A stretch of DNA of 64,000 nucleotides from an uncultured Erysipelotrichaceae bacterium (lineage in GTDB: Bacteria > Bacillota_I > Bacilli_A > Erysipelotrichales > Erysipelotrichaceae): assembly GCA_949289855.1 (NCBI GenBank), contig CASEPS010000003.1, positions 6,587-70,586 of the forward strand, read 5' to 3'. Below are positions 47,684 through 57,746 of the stretch, piece by piece. The first letter of the stretch is position 1; each line of letters begins with the position of its first letter. The notes under the pieces are model-generated. The model was not told the origin of the DNA. It made no database searches and saw nothing but the letters and a program-made list of their open reading frames with translations. Both the position numbers and the translations under genes were made by a program.

Positions 47684-48644
47684 CTTTGAGTCCCTCCGAA
47701 ATACTATAGAGATACGAATCAAGATCAAATGGTCTCAGGTCTTCCGCATGTTCACCAAGACCAATAAAGATCACCGGTACATGCAGCTTATGCTTGATGG
47801 CAAGAATGATGCCGCCTTTGGCTGTACCATCCATCTTGGTGAGGATAATACCTGTCAGTTTTGTGCTTTCCGCAAATACTTCTGCCTGGGAAAGACCGTT
47901 CTGACCGGTTGTTGCGTCCAGCACAAGCCAGGTGTTATGTGGTGCACCTTCAATCTCTTTGCCAGATACACGGTTCATCTTGGCAAGTTCCTGCATGAGA
48001 TTTGTTTTGTTCTGCAGCCTTCCTGCTGTGTCACATAACAGAATATCAGCACCTTTTTCTTTTGCAAACCGGCATCCATCAACGATAGCAGCACTTGGAT
48101 CACCATTTTCCCTGCCTTTGATCGTAGGAACATTGAGTCTTTCTCCCCATTTGGCAAGCTGTTCAATCGCACCAGCACGGAATGTATCTGCTGCAACAAA
48201 AGCAACTTTCTTTCCCTGTTTCTGGTACATGAGGGCAAGCTTTGCAGCAGAGGTCGTCTTGCCTGAACCATTGACACCTTCAAGAAGAATGACTGTAGGA
48301 CCATTATCGTTATAGACAATTGGTACATCCGGATATTCTTCATAAATGTCCTTCATAATTTCAAGCAGGAAATTCATTGCCCAGTGAAATGTAATACCAG
48401 GATAGTTATCACATTTTTCCTTCAGCCTTTCACAGATGAGATCTGCTAATTCAATACCAACATCGCTTTCCAGCAAAACAATAGTCAATTGTTCAAGAAA
48501 TTCATCATCCACACCATGAAAGGAATAACTCATTTCATTCAATGCATCAGAGAAAGTCTGCTTTGTTTTCTCAAAACCACTGAGATAAACTGCCTTATCA
48601 TCTTTCTTCTGAAACATTTCCTTCAGTTTGGAAAAGAAACTCAT
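47673..48644 (-). CDS. ftsY: Signal recognition particle receptor FtsY
   Basis: GVNGSGKTT, DTFRAGA, DTAGRLQ and TKMDGTAKGG motifs. Confidence 0.97.
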   Translation of the reverse strand: MSFFSKLKEMFQKKDDKAVYLSGFEKTKQTFSDALNEMSYSFHGVDDEFLEQLTIVLLESDVGIELADLICERLKEKCDNYPGITFHWAMNFLLEIMKDIYEEYPDVPIVYNDNGPTVILLEGVNGSGKTTSAAKLALMYQKQGKKVAFVAADTFRAGAIEQLAKWGERLNVPTIKGRENGDPSAAIVDGCRFAKEKGADILLCDTAGRLQNKTNLMQELAKMNRVSGKEIEGAPHNTWLVLDATTGQNGLSQAEVFAESTKLTGIILTKMDGTAKGGIILAIKHKLHVPVIFIGLGEHAEDLRPFDLDSYLYSISEGLKGVQ

Positions 48645-51586
48645 GCCTGTTCCTCCTTTTCACTATCTGCCATCTGCATGGCATCTTTCAATGTGACCTT
48701 CAGCATCTGGGAAACACCCTGATGCTGCATGGTCACACCAAAGAGTACATCTGCTTTTTCCATCGTACCTACACGGTGGGTGACAACGATGAACTGCGTG
48801 TTATCCGTATAGTTGTGCAGATATTGTGCAAACCGCTCAACATTGCCTGGGTCAAGGGCAGCTTCTACTTCATCGAGAATGACAAGTGGTACTGGTCTGA
48901 CCTTGAGAATGGCAAACAATACACAAAGGGCAATCAATGACTTCTCACCACCGGAGAACAACATATTGTTGCGGATGGTCTTGCCAGGTGGCTGGGCATT
49001 GATATCAATACCGGTGTTCAACAGATCATCCGGCTCACAAAGGATGAGCTCTGCCCTTCCCCCACCATAGAGACTTGTGAATATCGTATTGAATTCACGG
49101 TTGATTTCATCAAAAGTCTCTTTGAACTGCTTTTTCATGACACTGTCCATTTCATCAATAGCAGAAAGAATCTTGTCACGTGAATCGGTGAGTTCAGCTA
49201 TCTGCTGCTTCATCGTTTCATAGCGTTCATTAACTTCATTATACTCCTCTGGCGCATTCATGTTGATATTGCCAAGGCGCTGAATTTCTGCACGCAATGC
49301 GGAAACTTCTTCTTTTGCCTTTGCAAGATCTTCCGTATCCGCATCCTGCATCCTGACACTGGCTGATTCATATGTCAGCTGGTATTCAGACGCAAGGCGC
49401 TGCAGGTTATTGTCAAGCTTTGTTTCAAGACGTCCCTGGTCTACTTCGATGGCATGGTAGGAAGACTCTGCCATGGAGAGGTCTTTGCGGATCTGACGAA
49501 GCTGTGCTTCTTTGCGTTCCGCATCCGCATTTTCCTTTAATCTTCTTTCGCGGTAGGAACGGATTTCTGCCGTCAGGTTGTCACGCTTTGAATAGGATTC
49601 ATTCAAAGCCGTAATCAGACTGTCATCTGTTTCCTCTGTTTCTTCATGCATGGACTCACCAAGCAGAATGAGATCATTCTTCAGCTTTTCATACTTTGCC
49701 TTCTTGGCATCGATGACAGGTTCAATCGCTGCAATAGACCTGGTCAGTTCCTGGTTTCTGTCACGCTGTTGTTCCTGGATGGCATTTGCTTCAGAAAGCT
49801 TCTTGCGGGCAAGTGCTTCCTCAGCATGTTTTGCATCAAGCTTCTGCAGGATTTCTTCATATTCCTTCTGCATCGTCATGATGTTTGTGGCATTGCGCAT
49901 CTTGCCACCAGTCATGGAACCACCGCGGTGGATGACTTCGCCATCAACCGTTACAATCTTGTACATGCGTTTTGTCAAAGCGGAAAGTTCATTACCAGCT
50001 TCCATACTGTCACAGACAAGGACATTGTTCAAAAGGGAATCCACTACCGGATCAAATTGTCTTTCATTTTCGACAAAGTCACTGGCTACCCCAAGGAAGC
50101 CCTTTGTATTTTCACAGATGATCAAAGCATCTTTGGCTACCCATCTTGGCTGACAGACAGTCAAAGGCAGAAATGTTGCGCGGCCTGACTGGTTGCGTGT
50201 CAGAAAGCGGATCGCATCACGGGCACAGGCATCATCGATGGTCACAATATTATTCATCGCTCCACCAAGGGCTGTAGAAACAGCTTCTTCATAGCCGCTT
50301 TTCGGTTTTAATACCTGACCAATAACACCAAGAATGCCATGCAGGGCATGCTGGTGGTCCATGATGGCACGGATACCTGCCTGGTTGTTAAATGGATTTC
50401 TTTGAATCTGTTCGATGACATTTTTCCTGTTTTCCAGATTTCTCACCATCGTAGAAGCCTGCTGCAATGTTGTTTCACAGGTCAGAATCTCCTGTGCCTG
50501 GTGGGCAATCTTCTCACTATTCAGCTTTCTTTCTGTTTCAAGGGTGGAAAGGCGGTTGAGACGATCCTCATATTCGGCTTTTGCTTCCTGGAGAAGCCGT
50601 CTTGTTTCTTCCCTTTTCTGCTCTGCATTACCGGTCTCGATGATATATTTACGCTTTTCATCAAGTTCTGTACGCCTTGCCTCAAGAGACTGGATTTCAT
50701 CCACTGTCTTCATGAGGGCATCCTGCATCGCATTGATTTCCTTATCAAGGGTATTGGATGAATTACGGGCTTCCTGGATTCTTGTTTCAGACACAAGGAT
50801 GTTTGTCTTATACATGGTCATCTTTGCATCAATGTCAAACATCGTCTCTTTGGCACTGTCAATCGCAGCATTGATCTCATGGATGTCCTGTACAAGAACA
50901 GCTATTTCTATCTCTTCCAGCCTGTTTTTCTTTTCCCGGTAGATCTCTGCCTTACGGGCTGCTTTCTTTAAAGGCGAAACCTGTTTTTCCAGCTCCAAAA
51001 GAATATCATTGCTGCGTTCGAGGTTATCCTTTGTCCGCTCAAGTCTTGATAATGACTCCATACGTCTTTTGCGGTATTTGGCAACACCGGCAGCTTCTTC
51101 AAAGATGCCACGTCTTTCCGTTGGCTTTGCGTCCGCAAAAGAAACGACATTACCCTGGGAGATGATGCTCAAAGAATCTCTGCCAAGACCTGTATCCAGA
51201 AACAGATCAACAACATCGCGCAATCTGACGTTTTTCTTGTTGATGAGATATTCCGCATCACCGGAATCCCGATACAGACGGCGGGTGACTTCTATTTCTT
51301 CCAGTTCACTATTCAATACATGACTGCCATTATCAAAAACAAGTGTAACTTCAGCCATGTTGAGTCTTCTTCTGTCCGCACTGCCGGCAAAGATGACATC
51401 GTTCATCTTTTCACCGCGCAGACTTTTTGCACTCTGTTCGCCAAGCACCCATCTTACCGCATCTGAGATGTTGGACTTGCCACATCCGTTCGGACCGACA
51501 ACACCTGTCAGAGGATGGTCAAAGGTGATGACTGTTTTATCCGCAAAGGATTTGAATCCCTGCATTTCTATTCGTTTTAAAAACAT
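48641..51586 (-). CDS. smc: Chromosome segregation protein SMC (short, 981 aa)
   Basis: GFKSFAD, GPNGCGKSN, hinge GEVIHRGGSMTGG, FSGGEKSL and LDEVEAALD motifs. Confidence 0.96.
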   Translation of the reverse strand: MFLKRIEMQGFKSFADKTVITFDHPLTGVVGPNGCGKSNISDAVRWVLGEQSAKSLRGEKMNDVIFAGSADRRRLNMAEVTLVFDNGSHVLNSELEEIEVTRRLYRDSGDAEYLINKKNVRLRDVVDLFLDTGLGRDSLSIISQGNVVSFADAKPTERRGIFEEAAGVAKYRKRRMESLSRLERTKDNLERSNDILLELEKQVSPLKKAARKAEIYREKKNRLEEIEIAVLVQDIHEINAAIDSAKETMFDIDAKMTMYKTNILVSETRIQEARNSSNTLDKEINAMQDALMKTVDEIQSLEARRTELDEKRKYIIETGNAEQKREETRRLLQEAKAEYEDRLNRLSTLETERKLNSEKIAHQAQEILTCETTLQQASTMVRNLENRKNVIEQIQRNPFNNQAGIRAIMDHQHALHGILGVIGQVLKPKSGYEEAVSTALGGAMNNIVTIDDACARDAIRFLTRNQSGRATFLPLTVCQPRWVAKDALIICENTKGFLGVASDFVENERQFDPVVDSLLNNVLVCDSMEAGNELSALTKRMYKIVTVDGEVIHRGGSMTGGKMRNATNIMTMQKEYEEILQKLDAKHAEEALARKKLSEANAIQEQQRDRNQELTRSIAAIEPVIDAKKAKYEKLKNDLILLGESMHEETEETDDSLITALNESYSKRDNLTAEIRSYRERRLKENADAERKEAQLRQIRKDLSMAESSYHAIEVDQGRLETKLDNNLQRLASEYQLTYESASVRMQDADTEDLAKAKEEVSALRAEIQRLGNINMNAPEEYNEVNERYETMKQQIAELTDSRDKILSAIDEMDSVMKKQFKETFDEINREFNTIFTSLYGGGRAELILCEPDDLLNTGIDINAQPPGKTIRNNMLFSGGEKSLIALCVLFAILKVRPVPLVILDEVEAALDPGNVERFAQYLHNYTDNTQFIVVTHRVGTMEKADVLFGVTMQHQGVSQMLKVTLKDAMQMADSEKEEQA

Positions 51587-51642
51587 CTGTTACTCCTCAT
51601 TACCGAAGGTAATTATAACAAAGATCGCAAGTGCTGTGGTTT

Positions 51643-53808
51643 TTACTTGCGGGATGCAAGTTCAGCTTCTGCCTCCGCAATCAGCTTTTGCACGTCTTTA
51701 TCTTCTTTGCGCAATATCATATAGCTTCCATATGCATAAGGATTGTCCCTTGTATATGGTTCCTCTTCGATGATCATAGTTACATTGTCTTTCTTCTCAA
51801 CAATATATCTTTCATCATGAATATCCCTGAAGCCATGGAGGCTTTGCTTTGTGAAAGCATCTTTGACAAACATCAATACCCTTCTGCCATACACAAGCTG
51901 ATAGGTAACAGGTGTAAAGCCATAGCGCTTCGTAAAAGCATCAATTGTCATCTGTATCTGTTCTTTGCTGCATTCTGAGGAAAAGATAGCGCCATCAATA
52001 CCCGGTTTTGATAGTACATAGGCAAGGGCATAAGAATTGGCAATATTCATGGTCATGCCGGCAATGCAATGTTCATGCGTACCATAGAGATTGCCGACAG
52101 AAGAAAGAAGACAATTGTTATAAGGTATTGCTTCCTGCAGGTTTTCATCAATTACCCGGCAGGTACGCGCTTCATCATAAACAGCAATGTTTTCTGCTGG
52201 CTGGATGGAAACATCATGCAGTTCCACAAGCAGTCTATTTCCTGTTTCTATTTTCTCTACTGTAAATGCATAGGGGCGCATACCTTTGCGATCATGGCGT
52301 TTTGCTTTCATTTGGGAAAGCTTTTCCATTGCTTCTCTTCTTGTTTCATTGATGACACTGACCGGCAAAAAGATATTGCCAGCATTTCCATCAACGGTCT
52401 CTACAACAAATGGATAGTCACCTGTTTTTTCCAGTGCTTTCTGGATCCGTTCCTTATCAAGTGGTGCAGACTTTGCGGCTTCAACAAGCGATTTGCTCCT
52501 TGCCTCTGCAACATGACCATCCTTGTCCGCAATCGAAACGACAAATGGTTGTCCTGCTTCTGCTTCATAGTGAATGGATACAGGCACAGTTTTACCATTC
52601 ATGTGGATTTGTTCATCGATGTGTGCAATAAGCTGTGTGTCGCTTGTTTTATGCAATGAATCGCCAATGGAAGGACGTTCACCTTTTGGACAGCCAAGCA
52701 TTACTACATCCCCTGCCTGTGCCTGGTTGACGAGTTTTCCATTTTTATAAATCTTTACAGCTGTGAGTCCAATATCCTGGGACTTATGAAGAATCCGCAA
52801 TCCATCATGCTGGTGCAATGTTTCTGACAATTTTACCGTTACATTGCCCTTGTCAAAACCGGTTACTTTACCAATTTCAATTCCCCTGTGGTTTGGACGG
52901 TAGTGGCTCATGCGGTTTGTCACATCATCATGGAACAGATGTCCTTTGGAAAAGCCGCGGTTGAACATCAGCAATAGTTCTTTTTCTCTCTCTTTGTCTA
53001 TGACATATGTTTTTCCTGCATAATAGGCATCAATTGCTTCACGGAATGTCTTTGTGACAAGATAGACATATTCTGGCCGCTTCATACGACCTTCAATTTT
53101 CAAAGATGATACACCAGCTTTGATCAGATCGGGAATACGTTCAATGGCATTGAGGTCTTTAGGTGACAAAAGATAATCTCCTTCTTTGAACCATGAACCA
53201 TCTTCTTTTTTATATTTGAGACGACAGGATTGTGCGCACATACCACGGTTCGCACTTCTGTTTTTTGTTGCACTGCTCATAAGGCATTGCCCGGAATAGG
53301 AAATACAGATTGCTCCATAGGCAAAGACTTCTATTTCTACCCCTTCTTTACATGCCTGTTCAATGATTTCAATTGGTGTTTCCCTGGCCAGAACCACACG
53401 GGCTGCACCTTCTTCTTTCATATATCTGACACCGGCAATATTGTGGATGTGCATCTGGGTGGAACAGTGGATGTCAAAGTCAGGAAACATCGTTTTCACG
53501 ACATGAAACAGTCCAATATCCTGGATCAGAAGTGCGTCTACATCATTTTCATACAGAAACTGAACGGTTTCCTTTGCTTTTTCAATTTCTGTTTCATAGA
53601 GCATGGTATTCATCGTGACATAGACAGAAACATCCCGTTGGTGACAATAGCGTACTGCTTCAATCAGTTGTTCACTATTAAAATTGCCCGCAAAAGCACG
53701 GGCAGAATATGAGGTCAACCCCAGATATACGGCATCACATCCGCCGGCAACAGCCGCAACAAGTGCATCCATGTTGCCACATGGTGCAAGCAATTCAATC
53801 TTTTTCAT
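51643..53808 (-). CDS. Peptidase U32 family Fe-S protein with DUF3656 (RlhA-like RNA hydroxylase candidate)
   Basis: ELLAPCG, ARAFAGNF, CISYSGQCLMS, NRGMCAQSCR, LSPKDL and KIEGRMK motifs; ATG 53808. Confidence 0.88.
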   Translation of the reverse strand: MKKIELLAPCGNMDALVAAVAGGCDAVYLGLTSYSARAFAGNFNSEQLIEAVRYCHQRDVSVYVTMNTMLYETEIEKAKETVQFLYENDVDALLIQDIGLFHVVKTMFPDFDIHCSTQMHIHNIAGVRYMKEEGAARVVLARETPIEIIEQACKEGVEIEVFAYGAICISYSGQCLMSSATKNRSANRGMCAQSCRLKYKKEDGSWFKEGDYLLSPKDLNAIERIPDLIKAGVSSLKIEGRMKRPEYVYLVTKTFREAIDAYYAGKTYVIDKEREKELLLMFNRGFSKGHLFHDDVTNRMSHYRPNHRGIEIGKVTGFDKGNVTVKLSETLHQHDGLRILHKSQDIGLTAVKIYKNGKLVNQAQAGDVVMLGCPKGERPSIGDSLHKTSDTQLIAHIDEQIHMNGKTVPVSIHYEAEAGQPFVVSIADKDGHVAEARSKSLVEAAKSAPLDKERIQKALEKTGDYPFVVETVDGNAGNIFLPVSVINETRREAMEKLSQMKAKRHDRKGMRPYAFTVEKIETGNRLLVELHDVSIQPAENIAVYDEARTCRVIDENLQEAIPYNNCLLSSVGNLYGTHEHCIAGMTMNIANSYALAYVLSKPGIDGAIFSSECSKEQIQMTIDAFTKRYGFTPVTYQLVYGRRVLMFVKDAFTKQSLHGFRDIHDERYIVEKKDNVTMIIEEEPYTRDNPYAYGSYMILRKEDKDVQKLIAEAEAELASRK

Positions 53809-54286
53809 CAATATTCTCCTTGATAATGGAATATGCCTGGATCAGATCATCCAGCTTCATTCTGGCATTGGCACCAGATGTACTTGGCAGTGCGATATGT
53901 TTCTTTGAACATACGACATATTTCTCATACAGACTGGCAGCCTTGACACCAGTTGTAAATACGGTTTCTATTTTTGTCTTTTGTACAAGTGCTTCAATAT
54001 CATTGACCACAACATCGCGGATGCTGGCATCACTGGAACCGGTAATGGTACAGGAAGCTATCACATCCCATAAGGCAATATGATGGTCATGGACAAAGGA
54101 ACCCGGGTCAATGATTTCTTCATTGTAAATGGCAGCCATCACCTTCCAGAAACGGTTGGCGCGGTTGGCATAGTAAAAGGACTTCTTTCGTGAAATGACC
54201 GAAGGAAAGGAACCAAGGATTAAAACTCTTGAATCCGCATCATAGATGGGTCCAAAGGGATGTTCAAGATGTACGGTTTCAGCCAT
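53795..54286 (-). CDS. Uracil-DNA glycosylase superfamily, family 6 (DNA-deoxyinosine glycosylase-like)
   Basis: HPFGP, LILGSFPSVIS, YYANRANRFW, IALWDV and LPSTSGANA motifs. Confidence 0.88.
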   Translation of the reverse strand: MAETVHLEHPFGPIYDADSRVLILGSFPSVISRKKSFYYANRANRFWKVMAAIYNEEIIDPGSFVHDHHIALWDVIASCTITGSSDASIRDVVVNDIEALVQKTKIETVFTTGVKAASLYEKYVVCSKKHIALPSTSGANARMKLDDLIQAYSIIKENIDEKD

Positions 54287-55277
54287 GACGCACCCCATAT
54301 TTCAACAGATATGCTTCAAAAGAAGCCTTAGGTTCTGCTTCTCCTCTTTTGATTGCCTGTTCCACCTCAGCAAGTGCCACCATGCGTTGCAGAATTCCTT
54401 TTGCACGCAATGTACCCATACCTTTGAGATTCATGCGCACAGCAGAGTCTTTCATCCTTAACCTTACCGCAATAGAGGCATCATCATAGCCAAGATCTTT
54501 CAATGCCCGGATATCATATGCTTTTCTGAGCTGTGAAGCAAGGCGGGGAATCATAGACATAACATCCATGCCTTTGGCATACATCTGGTCTCTGCTTTCC
54601 ATCATGGCAACTGCATTTCCAGAAAGAAAGGCATTGCCAAGCTTCCATATATCAAGATTTGCATCTTCACTGATCAATTGCCGGATGATATTCACGCCAT
54701 ATTTCTTTTCCCCATACAGATGCATCTTTTCAATGGCATTGTGCAGCTGGAATTCATCTGTACCTACCCTTTGTTCAAATTCCCGGCGCGCTTCATTGTC
54801 CAGCACAAATCCATTTTTCTTCAACACTTCCGTAATATGGGCAGGAAACTCCCAGGGTTTGACAGGCTGGGCAACAAACTTATTGACATGGTATTTCTCC
54901 AACAGTTTGTATTCTTTGCGGCGTGTATCCGCATCTATGCCGGAGAGAAAGAAGATCAATGTACAGGCAGGGTTAGGATCTTTGAGATATTGTTCGAGCA
55001 CATCGAGAAGATGTTCCCGCACTTCTTCCTTGCCTTTGGCTTTATCACCGGATTTCAAAAACCATGGATTGCGTATGATGACAACCCTTGCCTGGTTTTC
55101 TTCAAATAAAGAAACAACATTACATTCGTACAATGCAGCATCGATCTGGAACTTCCTTGCATCTTCTCCGTCTATATCAATCACATTGTCTTTGTTACAA
55201 CGCGCTTCTTTGATAATCTGCTTCAGTCTTTCTTCCGCAACATACTGATTTTTACCACTGATGACATAATTGCTCAT
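54279..55277 (-). CDS. holA: DNA polymerase III delta subunit
   Basis: 334-aa ORF directly after comEC; N-terminal YVISG, VSLF...RVVII and EKMHLY; conserved comEC-holA synteny. Confidence 0.85.
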   Translation of the reverse strand: MSNYVISGKNQYVAEERLKQIIKEARCNKDNVIDIDGEDARKFQIDAALYECNVVSLFEENQARVVIIRNPWFLKSGDKAKGKEEVREHLLDVLEQYLKDPNPACTLIFFLSGIDADTRRKEYKLLEKYHVNKFVAQPVKPWEFPAHITEVLKKNGFVLDNEARREFEQRVGTDEFQLHNAIEKMHLYGEKKYGVNIIRQLISEDANLDIWKLGNAFLSGNAVAMMESRDQMYAKGMDVMSMIPRLASQLRKAYDIRALKDLGYDDASIAVRLRMKDSAVRMNLKGMGTLRAKGILQRMVALAEVEQAIKRGEAEPKASFEAYLLKYGVRHG

Positions 55278-55307
55278 AAACACGGATATTATACAATTTT
55301 TCTTTGC

Positions 55308-57224
55308 TTATGCGGGGATAAGTGCAGCTTTTGCGGAAGATGTGATGAAAAGATTCCATCTGCTCACACAAAGAATGGTCATATCCCCTTCTTCTCTTGT
55401 CAGAAAGTATGGAATATGTCTTTTTAACAACCGCTGTATCACATCAGGTGAAGGATGACGGTAATAGTCATATGAACCTGCAGAGATAATGGCAAGATCA
55501 GGTTTCGTCGTGTCAAGAAAATCTTCTGAAGAAGATGTTTTTGAACCATGGTGGGCAAGTTTCAAAATATCAGCTTTGAGATTGCCATAGCATGACAGGA
55601 TTTCTGTTTCAGCCGTTTCATCTATATCACCGGTAAACAGGTAGTCCAATCCGTTGATCCGTACATATTCACATAGGGAACTGCTGTTTTCATCTTCATT
55701 CTTCACAGGATTGATGTCATAAAACATAAATCCTGCTATTTCAACTGGTTCATGGTGTTCTTCTATGACAAGGGATGGATCATATTTATCTATCAATGCA
55801 TCGCGGTTACCACTATGGTCATCATCGGCATGGGTGATTATCAATGCATCGAGCCTGCGGATACCTTTGGCATCCAGCATTGTTTCTACTTTGCTATACG
55901 CAGATGGTTTGCCCGTATCAATGAGAATGTTGCCTGTATTGAATGGAGCACGGATGAGGATGCTGTCACCCTGTCCGACATTGATGAATGTCACTTCCGC
56001 AAATGGATGGAACAGTCCTGTATACTGGAACACAAGCAATATTGCACAAAGGATGACGGACGCATTCTTTTTATGGATAAAGCACATGCAGAATGGGAGA
56101 AAGAACAAAAGACCAGCCCCAAGAAATGAACTATGGAATTCAAACTTGTCCACAAAGGAAAACAGCGTGTCCATCAGGGAAATCAATGAGAATAGAACTG
56201 GCATGTCAAATACAACTGACAGCAGTGTACAACACCAGGCAATGCCTGTCACGGTGCGTAAAGGCATGTAAAAGAATGTCATGATGGGATTGATGGAAGA
56301 AAACAGAATGTTCTGCACAACCATGGAAGTCAATGCCGTACATGACTTTCTTGCCTGAAAAAAGCGGGCAGTGATGCGATAGGCTGCAGGAATGAGGAAT
56401 GAAGCAGACCATGGGGCTTCCGGAAAAAGAAACAATGTCAAAAGGAAGACAATGCCCATACGCTGATCGGATGGCAGGGATGTGAGGGACAACAGACGGA
56501 ATGCCATGGTTGTAAAGATGACAAGCGGAAAATCATAGACGATTAGTCCAAGGATATAAAAACCTGTCATGATGATTGTTCTTGGCTTTCTGTCCAGGAA
56601 GTACCTGAGAATTGTTTCAATGAGTGCCAGCACTGCTGACAAAGAAAAGCCATGCACAAACAGAAAGCTGTCCAGTGCATCCCGGCTGCCAATGCCGCAT
56701 AACAAGCGCAAGGCAAATGTTCTTCGCGTTGCATCTTCGATCTGTTCACAACTTTCTTTGAGATAGTTTCGTATACCACTCCCCTCTTCTTCAACAGATA
56801 CATAGTCTGGATCAAGGGAATAGAAGATGCCCTGCCTTGCACACCATGATGAAAATGAACCACCATAAAAACTATGCGAAGACTGGATGACTTCTCTTGT
56901 ACCATCAAAGTGTACTTTCGCATGATATGGCAGTAATGCATCGGTATAGATGAGCAGTTTATAGCCATCTTCTTCCACAATGGCATAAGATTCTTTTGTA
57001 TCAATGACCCTGCCTGTGGTAATAGCAGGCATATCTTCTTTATAGACAGGTATGCGCTGAACCAGAAGAAGAATCACAAGGACAATCCATGTCTTGTCCC
57101 GACACCTGTATATGGCAAATGCAGTACAGAGGACAAAGGCAGTCAGGGGGAACCTGTCCATGAGTAAAGCATGGAGAAATACAATGCAGGAAAATAGAAA
57201 GAGATGTGGCATGATGCGTTTCAT
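55308..57224 (-). CDS. comEC: DNA uptake protein ComEC/Rec2 (membrane domain plus metallo-beta-lactamase domain)
   Basis: FINVGQGDSIL, THADDDHSGN, LFTGD, LKLAHHGSKTSS and YRHPSP motifs; hydrophobic N-terminal half. Confidence 0.9.
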   Translation of the reverse strand: MKRIMPHLFLFSCIVFLHALLMDRFPLTAFVLCTAFAIYRCRDKTWIVLVILLLVQRIPVYKEDMPAITTGRVIDTKESYAIVEEDGYKLLIYTDALLPYHAKVHFDGTREVIQSSHSFYGGSFSSWCARQGIFYSLDPDYVSVEEEGSGIRNYLKESCEQIEDATRRTFALRLLCGIGSRDALDSFLFVHGFSLSAVLALIETILRYFLDRKPRTIIMTGFYILGLIVYDFPLVIFTTMAFRLLSLTSLPSDQRMGIVFLLTLFLFPEAPWSASFLIPAAYRITARFFQARKSCTALTSMVVQNILFSSINPIMTFFYMPLRTVTGIAWCCTLLSVVFDMPVLFSLISLMDTLFSFVDKFEFHSSFLGAGLLFFLPFCMCFIHKKNASVILCAILLVFQYTGLFHPFAEVTFINVGQGDSILIRAPFNTGNILIDTGKPSAYSKVETMLDAKGIRRLDALIITHADDDHSGNRDALIDKYDPSLVIEEHHEPVEIAGFMFYDINPVKNEDENSSSLCEYVRINGLDYLFTGDIDETAETEILSCYGNLKADILKLAHHGSKTSSSEDFLDTTKPDLAIISAGSYDYYRHPSPDVIQRLLKRHIPYFLTREEGDMTILCVSRWNLFITSSAKAALIPA

Positions 57225-57694
57225 AGTGTAATCATATCCTTCATCTTTTCAAACTTGGCTTCCCCTATGCCTTTGACATTCATGATGTCTTCAATGGTTT
57301 GAAACAATCCATTCGCATTGCGGTAATCAATAATGGATTGTGCCGTAGATGGACCAATACCCGGAAGACTGTCCAGCTCTTCGAGTGTCCCGGTATTGAT
57401 GGAAACGGTGACCGCGGATTCTGCATTGAATTCCGGAACAACAAGAACATCCTGATCACTCAGAATCATGAGTGGATTGAGTGATGAAACATCCGCATTG
57501 TCCAATGGCTTTGCCTCATCCAGAGCATCCTGTACTGTCGCATAGCGGTCCAGTACAAGTGTACCTTCATGTTCTACAGCACCACTGACGGTCACCCGTA
57601 TTTGATCCTGGCTGATTTCATCAAGGGACAAAGGTGTCATATCAATTGTCAGTACTGCGACAAGCAATAAAAAAAGAATAAGTATCTGCTTCAT
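57221..57694 (-). CDS. comEA: Competence protein ComEA (SLBB plus HhH)
   Basis: VTVSGAV, VSINTGTLEELDSLPGIGPSTAQSII and VKGIGEAKFEK motifs; ATG 57694 after GGAGG. Confidence 0.9.
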   Translation of the reverse strand: MKQILILFLLLVAVLTIDMTPLSLDEISQDQIRVTVSGAVEHEGTLVLDRYATVQDALDEAKPLDNADVSSLNPLMILSDQDVLVVPEFNAESAVTVSINTGTLEELDSLPGIGPSTAQSIIDYRNANGLFQTIEDIMNVKGIGEAKFEKMKDMITL

Positions 57695-57746
57695 AATAGC
57701 CTCCACTTATTCTTTTCCCTGAAAATCTCAAAATCCTCAAAAATTA

